From an uncultured Gammaproteobacteria bacterium (GTDB taxonomy: Bacteria; Patescibacteriota; Microgenomatia; Levybacterales; GWA1-39-11): a stretch of 64,000 bases of DNA. Below the pieces are notes generated by a model. That model did not search any database and was not told the origin of the DNA. It saw nothing but the letters and a program-made list of their open reading frames with translations. A program made the position numbers and the translations under genes. The stretch lies in assembly GCA_964450885.1 (NCBI GenBank), contig CAYVFE010000001.1, forward strand, positions 1,278 through 65,277. Direction: 5' to 3'. The first letter of the stretch is position 1. Every line of letters starts with the position of its first letter. This document shows positions 1 to 9,189 of the stretch, piece after piece.

Positions 1-76
1 CTTGACATCGAATTTATCTTTGCTATACTCGTGTCTTATCGCTAAGGCCCAAGAGGTATCTTGGGCCCAAACGACT

Positions 77-835
77 ATGATTAAGGCAGGAAAAGCACTG
101 CTACTTGCAGCATCATTGCTGCTGGTAGCTGCAACTACATCACATGCCCAAAACCTAGATAAGATAGGTTTGGTCACGGCTGAAGAATCTACAAATCTCT
201 GTACATCTCCTCTGAAGCCTTATGTTCTCACATACGCAAAAAACTGTCCTATTTCTGAGCTCAGACAAGTTCAATATCTGGGAAATGTAAAAAGTACTAA
301 ACCTGAGGAATTTTCTGTAACGCACAGTATTATTGCTGCAAGCTACACTCCCTCACCAAAAAAGGCAACACCTACACCTAGTCCGTCAGTGATAGTTTCT
401 GAGGTAACCATCTCGGAGCCTACACCTACCGTAATAGTAGCCGAGCAGAATGTTACTCACGTAGGAAATAACCCTGACACAGTTATGGAACTGGTTAACG
501 CCCATAGAGCATCTATCGGAAAGGCTGCTTTCATAAAAGATGACGCGCTATGTAGTCTTGCCCAAACCCGCTCAAATGAGCTTGCCTACGAGGGCAATAA
601 CGGCACCCTTCACTCAGGACTTTACAATAGAAACTTTAACTATTGGATTACGGAAAATGCGAAGATCGGAGGAAATGAAGCTGAGACAGTCAACTGGTGG
701 TTAAATAGCTCGATCCACAGAAGCCAAATCCAAAGCGACTATACGAACGCTTGTGTAGGGTGCACCGGGAAAAACTGTGCGCTGGTGTTCACCAGCTACA
801 ATCCGAAAGGACGAGTCGCGACTGTGTCTGAATAA
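77..835 (+). CDS. Secreted CAP/SCP (PR-1-like) domain protein with a Pro/Thr-rich linker; start chosen at the signal-peptide Met
   Basis: N-terminal signal-like 'MIKAGKALLLAASLLLVAATTSHA'. PT-rich linker 'TPSPKKATPTPSPS...EPTPT'. C-terminal CAP-like motifs 'HR..IG', 'NELAYEG', 'NWW.NSS.HR'. Confidence 0.6.
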   Translation: MIKAGKALLLAASLLLVAATTSHAQNLDKIGLVTAEESTNLCTSPLKPYVLTYAKNCPISELRQVQYLGNVKSTKPEEFSVTHSIIAASYTPSPKKATPTPSPSVIVSEVTISEPTPTVIVAEQNVTHVGNNPDTVMELVNAHRASIGKAAFIKDDALCSLAQTRSNELAYEGNNGTLHSGLYNRNFNYWITENAKIGGNEAETVNWWLNSSIHRSQIQSDYTNACVGCTGKNCALVFTSYNPKGRVATVSE

Positions 836-844
836 CTTCTTGAT

Positions 845-1786
845 TTATTTCTGATCCTCTAGCCAGCGCTCTGCAGATAGCGCCGCTTCACACCCATATC
901 CTGCTGCGGTAACTGCCTGCATATAGTGAAAATCGTGCACATCTCCTGCCACAAATACGCCTTCTATATTCGTCTTACTTCCTTCAAGCCTTTTTATAAA
1001 TCCCTTTTCATCGCGCTCTATATCGGGAAATACACTTGAATTCGGGATATGACCTATGGCAACAAATACACCATCTATAGGCATTTCTGAAGTTTTATTT
1101 GTCTTGCTATTTTTTAGTTTTACGCCTGTTACTTTTCCATCCCCTACTATCTCGTAAAGCTCCGTGTTGTAAATAAACTTTATTTTAGGATTCTCTTTTG
1201 CTCTCTTTTGCATGATCTCAGAGGCACGCAGCGCCTCTCCGCGATATACAACAGTTATCTCTGATGCAAACTTTGAGAGCACATTTGCCTCCTCCATAGC
1301 GCTGTCTCCGCCACCGACAACGATGACATTTTTGTTTCTGTAAAATGCCGCGTCGCATGGTGCGCAAGAGCTAACTCCCCGTCCGATATGCTCCTGTTCT
1401 CCTGGAATCTGCAACCACTTTGTGTCAGCACCCGTTGCGATAATTACAGCTTTTGAGTAAAAAACTTCGCCGCCCTCAGCGGTCAATTTAAAAGGCTTCT
1501 GTGAAAAATCGCTTTGTGAAAAATTGGCATCAACTATCTTTGTTCCGTACTTTTCCGCTTGTTTGCGCATGTTGCCCATAAGCTCCGGTCCCATTATCCC
1601 GTCAGGAAATCCTGGAAAATTCTCGACTTCTGTCGTCAGCATAAGCTGCCCTCCCCACTTGAGACCTGCAAGAAGCACGGTCTTAAGATCCGCACGGGAG
1701 TTATAGATACCGGCTGTTAGTCCTGCTGGGCCACTGCCTATGATCGCTACATCGTATATTTCGTTTTTTGTATCTGTGTTTTTCAT
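845..1786 (-). CDS. trxB: Thioredoxin-disulfide reductase
   Basis: FAD site GSGPAG; redox-active CAPC motif ('VSSCAPCDAAF'); NADPH site GGGDSA. Start trimmed to 'MKNTDTKNEIYD'. Confidence 0.9.
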   Translation of the reverse strand: MKNTDTKNEIYDVAIIGSGPAGLTAGIYNSRADLKTVLLAGLKWGGQLMLTTEVENFPGFPDGIMGPELMGNMRKQAEKYGTKIVDANFSQSDFSQKPFKLTAEGGEVFYSKAVIIATGADTKWLQIPGEQEHIGRGVSSCAPCDAAFYRNKNVIVVGGGDSAMEEANVLSKFASEITVVYRGEALRASEIMQKRAKENPKIKFIYNTELYEIVGDGKVTGVKLKNSKTNKTSEMPIDGVFVAIGHIPNSSVFPDIERDEKGFIKRLEGSKTNIEGVFVAGDVHDFHYMQAVTAAGYGCEAALSAERWLEDQK

Positions 1787-1840
1787 TTTAAGACAAAAAA
1801 TGCGCCTGTTAAGCGCTTTTATAATGTTACTAGACAAATT

Positions 1841-2161
1841 TTAGCTGAGAAGTTCATCGGCAGCTTTTTTCAACTGATCTTTGCTCTGCACTCCCACCAT
1901 GGTCTTTTCCGGATTACCATTTTTGAAAAAGATCAAAGTCGGAATAGATAGGATATTGAATTTTCCTGGAGTCTCGGTATTTTCGTCTACGTCCATCTTC
2001 ACTACCTTTACTTTATCCTTATATTCTTCGCCAAATTCCTCGACAATCGGGCCTACTATCTTGCATGGTTGGCACCACTCTGCCCAGAAATCGACTAACG
2101 TGACTTTGTCTGACTGGAGAACTTCTTGATCAAATGTTTGGTCTGTGATATTTGCTGCCAT
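1841..2161 (-). CDS. trxA: Thioredoxin
   Basis: 106 aa with active site 'WAEWCQPCK' (a CxxC variant of WCGPC). Sits immediately upstream of trxB on the same strand. Confidence 0.85.
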   Translation of the reverse strand: MAANITDQTFDQEVLQSDKVTLVDFWAEWCQPCKIVGPIVEEFGEEYKDKVKVVKMDVDENTETPGKFNILSIPTLIFFKNGNPEKTMVGVQSKDQLKKAADELLS

Positions 2162-2223
2162 AAACGTTAGAACAGTATAGTAAGTCTCTCACTATGTTGT
2201 CAAGAAGACTTTGAGAAAAGTAA

Positions 2224-2251
2224 TGTATTGGCATAAGATTATGCCAATACA
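2224..2251 (-). terminator. Perfect 12-bp inverted repeat tgtattggcata-agat-tatgccaataca followed on the minus strand by a T-rich run. Candidate intrinsic terminator of the upstream membrane-protein gene, or an operator of trxA-trxB.
   Basis: Palindrome read directly. Minus-strand downstream flank is 'TTACTTTTCTC'. Confidence 0.4.
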
Positions 2252-2267
2252 TCATCAAACAACAATT

Positions 2268-2708
2268 TTACTTGTAATAAGATCTTATCTGATAAAGGAT
2301 ATAAAAACCTAAAAGGGTCATTATTATTCCTCCTACAGAAAAAAGTATGATATTAGATACAAGCATCACTACTTCACTATAATAAAAAAGCTTCCAGCCC
2401 TGAGCCTTTTTCTCTTTCGTGCCCTTAAATGCCATAAGAAGCAGTACTGAAGAAACTAAAGCAAGGACCACTGAAAGCATTCCCCGTCCTACGACGTCTG
2501 CTCCACCCCAATACATACCAGGTGCGAAGTAGCTGAACAATCCGAAGCTTGATATAGCACTCAAAACTCCAAGTATTCCAAATATAAGCGCTATCCATGG
2601 AAGGACCATAACAAAAAACTCTCTCCCTCCGCGTGGTAGTTCTGGAAGTTTTTTGAAATAATCTCCGACACTATCTATATATCCGTCAATCGTATTTTTT
2701 GCAGCCAT
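2268..2708 (-). CDS. Hypothetical integral membrane protein (4 predicted TM segments)
   Basis: 146-aa ORF with hydrophobic segments and good coding-frame continuity. Confidence 0.5.
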   Translation of the reverse strand: MAAKNTIDGYIDSVGDYFKKLPELPRGGREFFVMVLPWIALIFGILGVLSAISSFGLFSYFAPGMYWGGADVVGRGMLSVVLALVSSVLLLMAFKGTKEKKAQGWKLFYYSEVVMLVSNIILFSVGGIIMTLLGFYILYQIRSYYK

Positions 2709-2771
2709 CTATTCTCACCTCCTCTCCTATTTATCATAGCACAGTGGAATTTAGAGAATACAACCCTTGCA

Positions 2772-3524
2772 GTGTATAATGTCCTTATGTCGAAACCCCT
2801 GTTTTCTGTCATAATTCCAGCTCTAAATGAAGAAAAATACATAACGCGCATCCTCAACGATCTGACCAAACAAACCCTAAAGGACTTCGAGGTTATAGTT
2901 GCGGATTCCAACTCCACAGATAAAACCGTCGAAAAAGCAAATAACTTCAAAAAAAACTATCCACTCAAGATAGTAAATACAGACAAAAGCAACCTTTCGC
3001 ATCAAAGAAATATTGGAGCAAAAAGTGCCTCCGGAGGTATCTTTTTCTTCATTGACGCCGACAATAGCATCCCAGGTGATTTTTTGGAAAAAACCGATAA
3101 ATACCTCCGTGATAAAAATCTGGACGCGGCAATTCCGCGAGTTACGCCAGGAGATGATACTCTCATAAACCGGCTGTCATACAATTTGACGCTTATTATG
3201 CTATTTGTACTTTTGCATACGCCCCGCGCTTACTCTACCGGTGGAAACCTCGTCATAAAAAACAACACCTTCAAAAAAACGAAAGGGTTTGACGAAAAAG
3301 TATTTGTAGGAGAAGACCACGACATGGTAAGACAGCTCAAAGAAATAGGCGCAAATGTCAGGATAATGACTGCAACTTATGTCGTTTTCTCGATGAGACG
3401 GTTTGACCAGGAAGGTTTCTCTACTTATCTCAAATACGCTTATGCCTTTGTCTATCAACTACTCTTTCGCAAAGTAGACAAACATATATATAATTACGAG
3501 ATGGGCGGAGACAACTATAAATAA
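2772..3524 (+). CDS. Family 2 glycosyltransferase
   Basis: 'FSVIIPALNEE' N-terminus; 'VADSNSTD' and 'DAD' motifs typical of GT2/GT-A fold. Confidence 0.75.
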   Translation: MYNVLMSKPLFSVIIPALNEEKYITRILNDLTKQTLKDFEVIVADSNSTDKTVEKANNFKKNYPLKIVNTDKSNLSHQRNIGAKSASGGIFFFIDADNSIPGDFLEKTDKYLRDKNLDAAIPRVTPGDDTLINRLSYNLTLIMLFVLLHTPRAYSTGGNLVIKNNTFKKTKGFDEKVFVGEDHDMVRQLKEIGANVRIMTATYVVFSMRRFDQEGFSTYLKYAYAFVYQLLFRKVDKHIYNYEMGGDNYK

Positions 3525-3525
3525 T

Positions 3526-3762
3526 ATGAAATATCTAAGACCACTACTTTCCACTTTTCTTTTTTTTGCAGTACTCCATGTGATCGTTCTTGTGTTCATG
3601 ATTCTACTTACGGGCGACATATCGTACTTGAATGTGTTTCATATCGTAGGACTTACATACTTTTTCCCGGATATCGACAAAGGAAACTTTAGCCAAATTC
3701 TATCGACACTTATAATTATCATCGTATATCTATTTTTCTATTTCAAAAGACCAAAAAAATAG
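3526..3762 (+). CDS. Small hydrophobic membrane protein (hypothetical)
   Basis: 78 aa with two TM-like stretches. Tightly packed between the GT2 gene and glf. Confidence 0.35.
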   Translation: MKYLRPLLSTFLFFAVLHVIVLVFMILLTGDISYLNVFHIVGLTYFFPDIDKGNFSQILSTLIIIIVYLFFYFKRPKK

Positions 3763-3799
3763 CTTAAGAAAATATTTTTTGATAGAATGCAATTTTGGT

Positions 3800-4939
3800 A
3801 TGCAATACGACATCATCATAGTAGGAGCTGGCATCTCGGGCGCAGTCATCGCAGAGCGTTATGCTACAAAGCTAGATAAAAAAGTCCTGATACTTGAAAA
3901 AAGAGATCATATCGGAGGCAACTGCTACGACTTTTACGATGACGCCGGAATTCTCGTCAGCAAATACGGCGCCCACCTCTTCCACACGAATTATGAGAAT
4001 GTCTGGGAATATGTACAAAAATTCTCCGAGTTCACAAAATACGAGCACAAAGTTCTTGCAAAAGTCGATGGGAAATTAGTCCCTGTACCTGTCAACATCA
4101 CGACAGTCAATATGCTACTTGGAGAAAATATAAAAGATGAAAAAGAGATGGACGAATGGCTCAGTAAAAATCAGGTCAAAAATGATAACCCCAAAAATGG
4201 AAAAGAGGCAGCTCTCGCCCGTGTCGGAGAAACTCTTTATGAGAAGATTTTTAGAAACTACACGAAAAAACAATGGGATAAGTATCCAGAGCAGCTTGAT
4301 GCATCGGTTCTCAATAGAATTCCTGTCAGAAATAATTTTGATCCGAGATATTTTTCCGACAAACATCAGGGACAGCCAAAAGAAGGATACACGAAGCTTT
4401 TCGAGAAAATGCTCGCACACCCTAATATCACGGTAAAGCTCAATACTGACTTTTTTGACGTCAAAGATGAAATCAAAGACTACGAAAAGCTTTTCTATAC
4501 TGGACCAATCGACCAATTCTTCGACTTCAAACATAGCAATGAGGAAAAACTGGAATACAGGTCGATAAAATTCGTATTCGAAAGCTATGACAAAGAATTT
4601 TTCCAGGAGAACTCTGTCATCAACTACCCTAATGAAAATGAATTCACCCGAATAGTTGAATACAAATACTTTACAGGTCAAAAACATCCAAAAACGACTA
4701 TCTCAAAGGAATTCACAGTAGACTACAAACCAGGAGTAAATGAGCCCTACTATCCCGTACCAAATCCGAAAAATGGGAAGATCTTTGAAAAATATCAGAC
4801 GGATGCAAAAAACCTTGAAAAAAATGGCGTATATTTCGTGGGGAGGCTTGCCAACTACAAATACTTCAATATGGATGAAGCTTTCAAAAATTCGTTAGAA
4901 CTTTTCTATAACATAAACCCAACAGTCGATAAAAGCTGA
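3800..4939 (+). CDS. glf: UDP-galactopyranose mutase
   Basis: 'YDIIIVGAGISGAV' FAD-binding fold; 'GGNCYD...GAHLFHT' conserved UGM block. ATG at 3800 preferred over the upstream TTG. Confidence 0.85.
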   Translation: MQYDIIIVGAGISGAVIAERYATKLDKKVLILEKRDHIGGNCYDFYDDAGILVSKYGAHLFHTNYENVWEYVQKFSEFTKYEHKVLAKVDGKLVPVPVNITTVNMLLGENIKDEKEMDEWLSKNQVKNDNPKNGKEAALARVGETLYEKIFRNYTKKQWDKYPEQLDASVLNRIPVRNNFDPRYFSDKHQGQPKEGYTKLFEKMLAHPNITVKLNTDFFDVKDEIKDYEKLFYTGPIDQFFDFKHSNEEKLEYRSIKFVFESYDKEFFQENSVINYPNENEFTRIVEYKYFTGQKHPKTTISKEFTVDYKPGVNEPYYPVPNPKNGKIFEKYQTDAKNLEKNGVYFVGRLANYKYFNMDEAFKNSLELFYNINPTVDKS

Positions 4940-4966
4940 CTGTTATAATATAATTTAACTTATCGC

Positions 4967-5689
4967 ATGGGAAAATTCGATGCATCAATCGTCATACCCG
5001 CCTACAATGAAGAAGACTTTATAGGAGCATGTCTTCAATCTCTTACATGGCAAAAAACTAAAACAAAATTTGAGGTAATCCTTATAGACAACAATTCCAC
5101 GGATGGGACGAACAAGATCGCCAAATCGTTCAAGGATAAATTGAATATACGCGTGATCGTCGAAAAACAACAAGGAAGAGGCGTAGCGCGCTGGCGCGGA
5201 TTTGAGGAGGCGACCGGAAAGATAATCTTCTCCACAGACGCTGATACAATTCTTCCAGAGGACTGGATCGAACGCTTTATGAAGTACTTCAAAAACAAAG
5301 AAATCGTTGCTGTAACAAGTCTTTGCAACATCGATGAGCCATCCAGAGTCGATAAAACCATATTTAAGTTCTTTGTGCTTCTTGCAAATGAGGGCCACAG
5401 GATAGCGCTCGGACACTATTGGCTCTCTGGATTCTCATACGCAATAAGGCGTGATACATACATAAAAGCAGGAGGTATAAATAAGGAACTCGATGCGCTT
5501 GACGATATAGATCTGGGGCGCAGGGTCAGAAAGCTCGGGAAGATAAAACTGGTCCGCAATCTACCAGTACTCTCCTCCAGCAGAAGATTCAAAGACGGCG
5601 TAACGCGGGGTCTTGCGGGATACGTAAAACCTTTCATAAAGGTAGCGATTCTAAAGAACAAAAACTTCAGGATGAGTAATTTGAGGTAG
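4967..5689 (+). CDS. Family 2 glycosyltransferase
   Basis: 'ASIVIPAYNEE', 'ILIDNNSTDGT', 'TDADT' motifs. Confidence 0.75.
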   Translation: MGKFDASIVIPAYNEEDFIGACLQSLTWQKTKTKFEVILIDNNSTDGTNKIAKSFKDKLNIRVIVEKQQGRGVARWRGFEEATGKIIFSTDADTILPEDWIERFMKYFKNKEIVAVTSLCNIDEPSRVDKTIFKFFVLLANEGHRIALGHYWLSGFSYAIRRDTYIKAGGINKELDALDDIDLGRRVRKLGKIKLVRNLPVLSSSRRFKDGVTRGLAGYVKPFIKVAILKNKNFRMSNLR

Positions 5690-6412
5690 CTATCTCACGA
5701 CAGTCTGCTTCCCAAATGTATAGGACTTTCTAAGTACGAATATCGACAAGAAATTTATTATCCCTATCGCTACGTATGGAAGAAGCTGCCCCATATTATC
5801 CTGCTTGCGGGGCGAAGCCTTCACCTTTAGCTTGTTCGTATACAGCGCGCTTCTTAGGCCAAATTCCTTTTGGATACGCATCACAAATTCCCAGTCGTCG
5901 CTGGTTCTAAGATTTGTGTTAAATCCTCCGATTTTCGCAAAGGCACTACGTCTTACGGCCATATTCGTACCCCAGATAAAAGGAACACCTACCACCTGAA
6001 AACCTCTTGCAAAATAGTCGAAAAACTTTAGGACGCCGATGGAAAATTTGTTGTTCCCTGTGGCAAGAACCGTGCCACCTACACACATGAGCTTTTTATC
6101 CTCAAAAAGTCTTAGGATATTTTCTAGCCAATCCTTTGAAACTATAGCATCGGCATCGGTTATGACGATAATCTCCCCTTTTGCCCTTTTTGCTCCAAAT
6201 TGCTTCGCCCAGATAGCACTTTTTTTGTCCTTGTACATGACAGGCGTTACGCCCAAATTCTTTGCGATCCTTGAGGTATTGTCTGTGGAATTATTGTCTA
6301 CAAAGATAATTTCGTACTCTTTGTGGTCGATCGTCTGATTGAGGATGGATCTGAGGCAATTTCCTATAAGTTTTTCTTCATTATAGGCAGGAACTACAAC
6401 AGATAACTTCAT
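5690..6412 (-). CDS. Family 2 glycosyltransferase
   Basis: 'LSVVVPAYNEE', 'FVDNNSTDNT', 'TDADA' motifs. Its stop abuts the stop of the convergent GT2 gene at 5689/5690. Confidence 0.75.
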   Translation of the reverse strand: MKLSVVVPAYNEEKLIGNCLRSILNQTIDHKEYEIIFVDNNSTDNTSRIAKNLGVTPVMYKDKKSAIWAKQFGAKRAKGEIIVITDADAIVSKDWLENILRLFEDKKLMCVGGTVLATGNNKFSIGVLKFFDYFARGFQVVGVPFIWGTNMAVRRSAFAKIGGFNTNLRTSDDWEFVMRIQKEFGLRSALYTNKLKVKASPRKQDNMGQLLPYVAIGIINFLSIFVLRKSYTFGKQTVVR

Positions 6413-6437
6413 AGATTTATTATACCTATAAATATGT

Positions 6438-7823
6438 CTAGAATTCCAAACCCATTTGGGACTTTTCTACTTTTGCTTCCGCTTTTTTCGTTTCTTTATC
6501 CCAGATCTCGACTATTCCATAAGTATTGTCATACCCGGGAACGATGTGGATGTTGCGTGACCTTACTTTTTGGACCGCCTCGGCGACCCGCTCACCTCCG
6601 ATAGATGCTATTTCCGAGAGGTCTTTTCTGAGCAAAATCTCGTGTTCTGTGCCTAGGTCGGTCAAAAGCTTATCATACATGCTCTCGACAGTCTGAGTGC
6701 CCGTCCCTTTTCCAAGCGCCTCAGACAAAACCTCAAGAAGCGGCACGAGATTCACGAAATGTGGCCTCTTAAGATTTTTATCCTTCATCCAGATGACACC
6801 GCTTTTGTCTTTTTCCTCGACGTAATTTTTATCGGGAGTGTTCGCAAGCTCTTCTACCCTGTGCATCACTCCAACCGTTAACCCCTGACCGCATACAGGG
6901 CATATTTCACCGTTCTTTTTTGTCTCTGTTGGAGTTTGGACTATGTTGCAATTTCTATGGCCTGTATAATGATATTTACCCTCCTCTGGATAAAACTCTA
7001 TCGTGTAGTCTATTTTAAATATCCTCTCACGACCTCTGACCATGCTATTCATGATGTTGTCATAGGTGATATTCTTTTCGGCTATATCGTTTCCATCTAT
7101 GGTCGTAAGTATAGTCGCCTCGCGTCCCATCTTCTGCATGGAGTGTGCGTCGGAAAAACTGACTACCGACCGGTCCGCCAGCTCATTTACCCTCCAGTTC
7201 ATAGTAGGATCGGATGAGAGTCCGGTTTCTACTGCAAAGATTCTTTTTGCGTATTTTCCGAAACAATCCTCTATCCTGTCGTAACCGGATTTACTGCCAT
7301 AAAGCGAGAACCAAGGGGTCCAGATGTGACACGGAATAAGCGCTATCTTGTTATCTATAGACAACAATAACTCCATAAGATTTTGTGATGAGATTCCTAA
7401 AATCGGCCTACCGTCAGAGCTCAAATTAAACCCTCTCGCCAAAAATGCCTTATTTATCTTATCGACTACCTCAAAGCTCGGAGCAAGGATAAGATTATGA
7501 ATTCGTCTCACTTGCCCGCCCTCGGAATATATACTAGAGACTTCTGTCGACAACATAAAATATGTAGTCAGATCTTCCTTTTGAGTTGAATATGGTAGAT
7601 CTGGTATAAGCTCCTTTTCGTTCTTTAGCTTATAAATACCGCTGTTTACCTCAACAAGCTGAGCTTTTGCTTCACGTAGCCATATAGGATGTGTAAAATC
7701 ACTTACCGAAAGTAAATTTAACCCCTTCTTTCTTCCCCAAAAGAACATATTCGGAAGTGTCATCTTCTGTGAAACGGCCCGTGAAAAACGAGAATGTAGA
7801 TGCAGATCTATAACTAGCTCCAT
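6438..7823 (-). CDS. PHP-domain phosphoesterase with internal Zn-ribbon; candidate endonuclease Q-like (TIGR00375-type) nuclease
   Basis: N-terminal 'VIDLHLHSRFSRA' PHP metal-binding motif. Further His/Asp blocks 'HIWTPWFS', 'SFSDAHS'. 'H..C(x25)CPVC' Zn-ribbon. Length 461 aa. The EndoQ assignment is from recalled domain architecture, not from alignment. Confidence 0.5.
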   Translation of the reverse strand: MELVIDLHLHSRFSRAVSQKMTLPNMFFWGRKKGLNLLSVSDFTHPIWLREAKAQLVEVNSGIYKLKNEKELIPDLPYSTQKEDLTTYFMLSTEVSSIYSEGGQVRRIHNLILAPSFEVVDKINKAFLARGFNLSSDGRPILGISSQNLMELLLSIDNKIALIPCHIWTPWFSLYGSKSGYDRIEDCFGKYAKRIFAVETGLSSDPTMNWRVNELADRSVVSFSDAHSMQKMGREATILTTIDGNDIAEKNITYDNIMNSMVRGRERIFKIDYTIEFYPEEGKYHYTGHRNCNIVQTPTETKKNGEICPVCGQGLTVGVMHRVEELANTPDKNYVEEKDKSGVIWMKDKNLKRPHFVNLVPLLEVLSEALGKGTGTQTVESMYDKLLTDLGTEHEILLRKDLSEIASIGGERVAEAVQKVRSRNIHIVPGYDNTYGIVEIWDKETKKAEAKVEKSQMGLEF

Positions 7824-7833
7824 TGCTGCTCTA

Positions 7834-8655
7834 TTGAAACAGAAAAGGATGGATTTTACAACAATGCCTAAAGTCTATCGTGTTATAATCGCCGTTACTA
7901 TGGGAATAGAAGTTAATGGTGGTTACTCTGTCGCCCTTCCTCACCTGCATACCGTCGAGAGCGATGGCATGGTCACCTCAAACCAGCTCTTTTCGGATAT
8001 AGCCCAAGCCAAAGAAGAACTTGGAATAAATATCGTAGGCGGATACACCAATCACGACACGATAAAAGGAATGGAGCCCGCAAGACGTGCTGCGGACTAC
8101 TTCGGAATCGAAATGATTCCAGGTCAAGAGATAACAGTCGGAAGATTTCCTCCAAAACATATCCTCGCGTTGTTTCCGGAAGATCCGCAAGGCCCTATAC
8201 GACCAGCAAAAACTGTCGAAGGAACTATAGACAAGATCAAAGAAAACGATGGTCTAGTTATAGCCGCTCACCCTGATGCCTTTCGCGGCATAGCCTCGTT
8301 AACCAGTAGCGAGATGCGAAATCTTGGAAATAGAGATCTCATAGATGGACTCGAGGTTATAAGCGGAACCTACAACAGAGAAGAAAGGCTGCAACCTATC
8401 GCAAAAGAGCTAGGAAAAACAAGGCCCGTAGCTCAAATTGGTAGCTCGGATAGTCACTTTGGCTCAAAAGATCTTTTGACTGCGATAACAATATTCAAAG
8501 GAAAAACAGTTGAAGATTTTTTCGAAGCAGTAAAAAAAGGCGAAACTGTTGCTCTCCCGGGGATTATGCATACCGTGAGGACTCGTGACAGGGTCGTCCA
8601 AAACCTCTATTCAAATATTGTTTTGAATGTGAGACGACTTATGAAAAGCCTCTAA
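7834..8655 (+). CDS. PHP-domain phosphoesterase, TrpH/YciV-like
   Basis: 'LPHLHTVESDG' (the DLHxHTxxSDG signature of TrpH/YciV PHP proteins); 'IAAHPD' and 'SSDSH' His motifs. Start uncertain (M1 at 7834 to M23 at 7900). Confidence 0.6.
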   Translation: MKQKRMDFTTMPKVYRVIIAVTMGIEVNGGYSVALPHLHTVESDGMVTSNQLFSDIAQAKEELGINIVGGYTNHDTIKGMEPARRAADYFGIEMIPGQEITVGRFPPKHILALFPEDPQGPIRPAKTVEGTIDKIKENDGLVIAAHPDAFRGIASLTSSEMRNLGNRDLIDGLEVISGTYNREERLQPIAKELGKTRPVAQIGSSDSHFGSKDLLTAITIFKGKTVEDFFEAVKKGETVALPGIMHTVRTRDRVVQNLYSNIVLNVRRLMKSL

Positions 8656-8658
8656 TGT

Positions 8659-9156
8659 CTACCTTTCAAGCTCGATGAAGGTAAAATTGTGCCCGTTATC
8701 ACTATCTCCACGCGATGAGATAATCTTCGTAAACTCTTTATCGTATTCTGGAAAAAAAGCGTCCGCGTCCTTCACGTCTTTATCGACAACTGTCAAATAA
8801 AGTTTGTCCGCAAATGGCAGGAACTGCTCATAGATTTGAGCGCCACCTATGACAAATGTCTCTTCCTCTTCGTACTTTTTTGCCTCTTCAAGCGCTCTTT
8901 CAACGCTATCCACCTTGATTACTCCCTCAGAAGCCGCAAAGCTTGCATCACGGCTTACCACTATATTTACTCTATTTGGCAACGCGCGACCGATAGATTC
9001 GAATGTCTTTCTCCCCATGATGACAGTGTGACCCGAGGTCATTTCCTTAAAATGGGCCATATCTTTAGGAATATCAAATAAAAGCTTATTCTGATATCCA
9101 AGCTCGCGGTTCTTCCCGATAGCCGCGATTAGGGAGAGATGTAATTGTCGGTTCAT
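8659..9156 (-). CDS. folA: Dihydrofolate reductase
   Basis: 'LIAAIGKNRELG', 'IMGRKTFESIG', 'VVSRD' blocks; 165 aa. Confidence 0.85.
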   Translation of the reverse strand: MNRQLHLSLIAAIGKNRELGYQNKLLFDIPKDMAHFKEMTSGHTVIMGRKTFESIGRALPNRVNIVVSRDASFAASEGVIKVDSVERALEEAKKYEEEETFVIGGAQIYEQFLPFADKLYLTVVDKDVKDADAFFPEYDKEFTKIISSRGDSDNGHNFTFIELER

Positions 9157-9189
9157 AAAATTATTATAACCTCTGAGAGAATATTCGTT

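Noticed and set aside
4115-4687. 190-aa antisense ORF inside glf, and similar long antisense ORFs at 13455-14099, 26039-26518, 30870-31376, 9586-10008, 52496-52963, 54854-55276 and 50464-50871
   Set aside because: All lie fully within well-supported conserved genes on the opposite strand. Their translations are low-complexity or Phe/Ile/Ser-rich, as expected from antisense reading of AT-rich coding DNA. No independent start context.
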